DNA of 37,508 nucleotides from Perkinsus olseni (Eukaryota): NCBI GenBank assembly GCA_013115125.1, contig JABANN010000338.1, positions 1 to 37,508 of the forward strand, read 5' to 3'. Shown piece by piece: positions 35,769 to 37,508 of this stretch (position 1 is its first letter; each line of letters starts with the position of its first letter). The notes under the pieces were generated by a model. It saw only the letters and a program-made list of their open reading frames with translations, ran no database searches and was not told where the DNA came from. The position numbers and the translations under genes were made by a program.

Positions 35769-36207
35769 GGCCGCCACCACTGACAACAATTCCTTCGGCG
35801 GCACCTGAACGACGCGTATAATACTCGGTGGCTCGAACAACTGAGTCCCTACCAGGAGCAGATGTGTCAGCGCCTTCCTGGGAGTTCTCTGCCACCATAT
35901 CTGCAACAAGTAACGCGAAAACTACACGCTAAGACCAACTGTGGCAGCTCCCCTCATTAAATCACAATGCACGAGTGAGTTGTGCACAAAACATGCTCAG
36001 AAACGCTTCGGAAATTGCAAAACGAAAGAAGCTTCGCTCCGCTAAGCTCCTCTCCTACCGGGTGTTGTGGGTGGGCTGTCGATCTTAAAAGATGAGCTAC
36101 GTCTTTTTCTGTTCGGCGTTCGCTTGCCGGGACTCTTCTGAGCAGCCTGGAAGAAAATTGATAAAAGTAACACAAAAGCTCTCAATTTCATCTCTGACAA
36201 CTTGTCG

Positions 36208-36453
36208 ATGACAAGATCCCGCAGCACAATCCATAAGTTCAATCGTCCGCATTCACGGACGACAGGACGCATCAAAGGCGGATTCGGGAAGCAGTCCGAC
36301 TTACGGCACTACACATATCAGATGTGGCATCGAAAATTGGCTAAGTGGGTTTACGACGAATCCAGAAACTTCGAAAGAAACCTGTTGATGAGCCGTCGGA
36401 AGCTGCCACTCGAACTTCGAGTGGCAGTCGACGGCGACTTCGATACCCATTGA
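36208..36453 (+). CDS. small basic protein, 81 aa; possibly a mitochondrial (ribosomal) protein
   Basis: Intronless ATG-started ORF rich in R/K/H and aromatic residues (MTRSRSTIHKFNRPHSRTTGRIKGGFGK...). The function is inference only. Confidence 0.55.
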   Translation: MTRSRSTIHKFNRPHSRTTGRIKGGFGKQSDLRHYTYQMWHRKLAKWVYDESRNFERNLLMSRRKLPLELRVAVDGDFDTH

Positions 36454-37508
36454 AGCCAATGAACACAGCGAGAAAAAGCTACGGGTGTCATGTGTTCTTC
36501 GAAGCGCTCGGACGATCAATCGATATCAGTGACGCCGTATAACCCCCCTCGTCATGGTGACTGCTCTCTCCCGAGACTCGCGGACCGAACCCACGGCTAT
36601 CGATGGAGCATCGAGAAACTCGGAGAATATCCACAGAGTTCCTGGGTGGAAATTTTTACGACAACGCCGAGGCTCCAAACGACGGCTTCTCGTTACTCAC
36701 CCTCCTTGGCAGCGGCACGACCGGGATGTTCATATTGGTAGGTAACGCCGACAAACACGATGTCAGGTTATGAAGGGTTCGGATTAGCGAAGACTTCGGT
36801 TCTCCCAGAGGCACGCTGCGGAGTCTGTTCGGGCTGCTTCCCTCCACCGTCCTGACACAGGCCTGGTTGGCCCTATAGCATCGGTTGACGTCCTACTCGA
36901 GCGGCTCCGTTTCATCAGCCTCTCCCATCTCTAGCAATGCTCGCCTGAGTGTGACAAGCAGATGTGATATTGTGACACACTGGGGCCTCCCAGTTCCCCG
37001 AAGACCACCGCTTATTGACAGCCATCAGCCTGTTCGCTACGACGATATCAAAATATGATTGATATTGAATATGATTGGAATGCTAAATTGTCCAATATCA
37101 CACAATATTGATATTCTGTCAATCTATTCTCATTATCCATTCGTTTCGCTCACGAAGCCTGTAAATTAGCACCAAAATGCGGTCTTAAAAGGACGCGAAA
37201 TCTCACACGCATTCCTCCGCAGAAGCAGCAATGCTGTCCAAATTATATCCTCCTTCCAATACGAGGGCGACTCTCGTTGGACGACCGTCCTCGGAGCTCG
37301 CTAGAAGTTGACGTGTAAGGCTGCCGAAGCACTGCGGCGTCACTTCACAATCTCCTGAGCACAAGACATCCTACCTGCTACAGTAGGTACCTAAGCGGCC
37401 TTATACTCACAGAAATAATGCTACATAGTAATAACGGGTGTTTCACTGCGGTGTGAGTGACTTTGATCGTGGTCCCACTGGCGAGAAATGAGTGTTTGGC
37501 GATGAAAA

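Overview
Gene-dense, intron-rich eukaryotic DNA with many 40-90 nt GT-AG introns. It is most consistent with a perkinsid alveolate such as Perkinsus (inference from a plastid-type IspG, short introns and lineage-specific genes). Recognisable genes are a plastid-type HMBPP synthase IspG (minus strand, 3' end probably outside the window), a Loa1/Vps66-like acyltransferase, an NTE/PNPLA6-type cNMP-patatin lysophospholipase, FolD and an inositol polyphosphate kinase. There are also several hypothetical genes, including two paralogous small proteins that look secreted. Non-coding features include a 486-bp hAT-type MITE with an 8-bp TSD and a 147-bp TIR element. The most unusual signal is about ten dispersed tRNA 3'-end-like motifs (Pol III B-box GGTTCRANNCC, often followed 9 nt later by CA, i.e. 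tRNA positions 52-73). They sit mostly inside short spliceosomal introns of unrelated genes, in both orientations, with no A-box or 5' tRNA half. A second dispersed 12-mer (GCGGAGCGAAGC) is also mostly intronic. Exon boundaries were read by eye and several gene ends are approximate.
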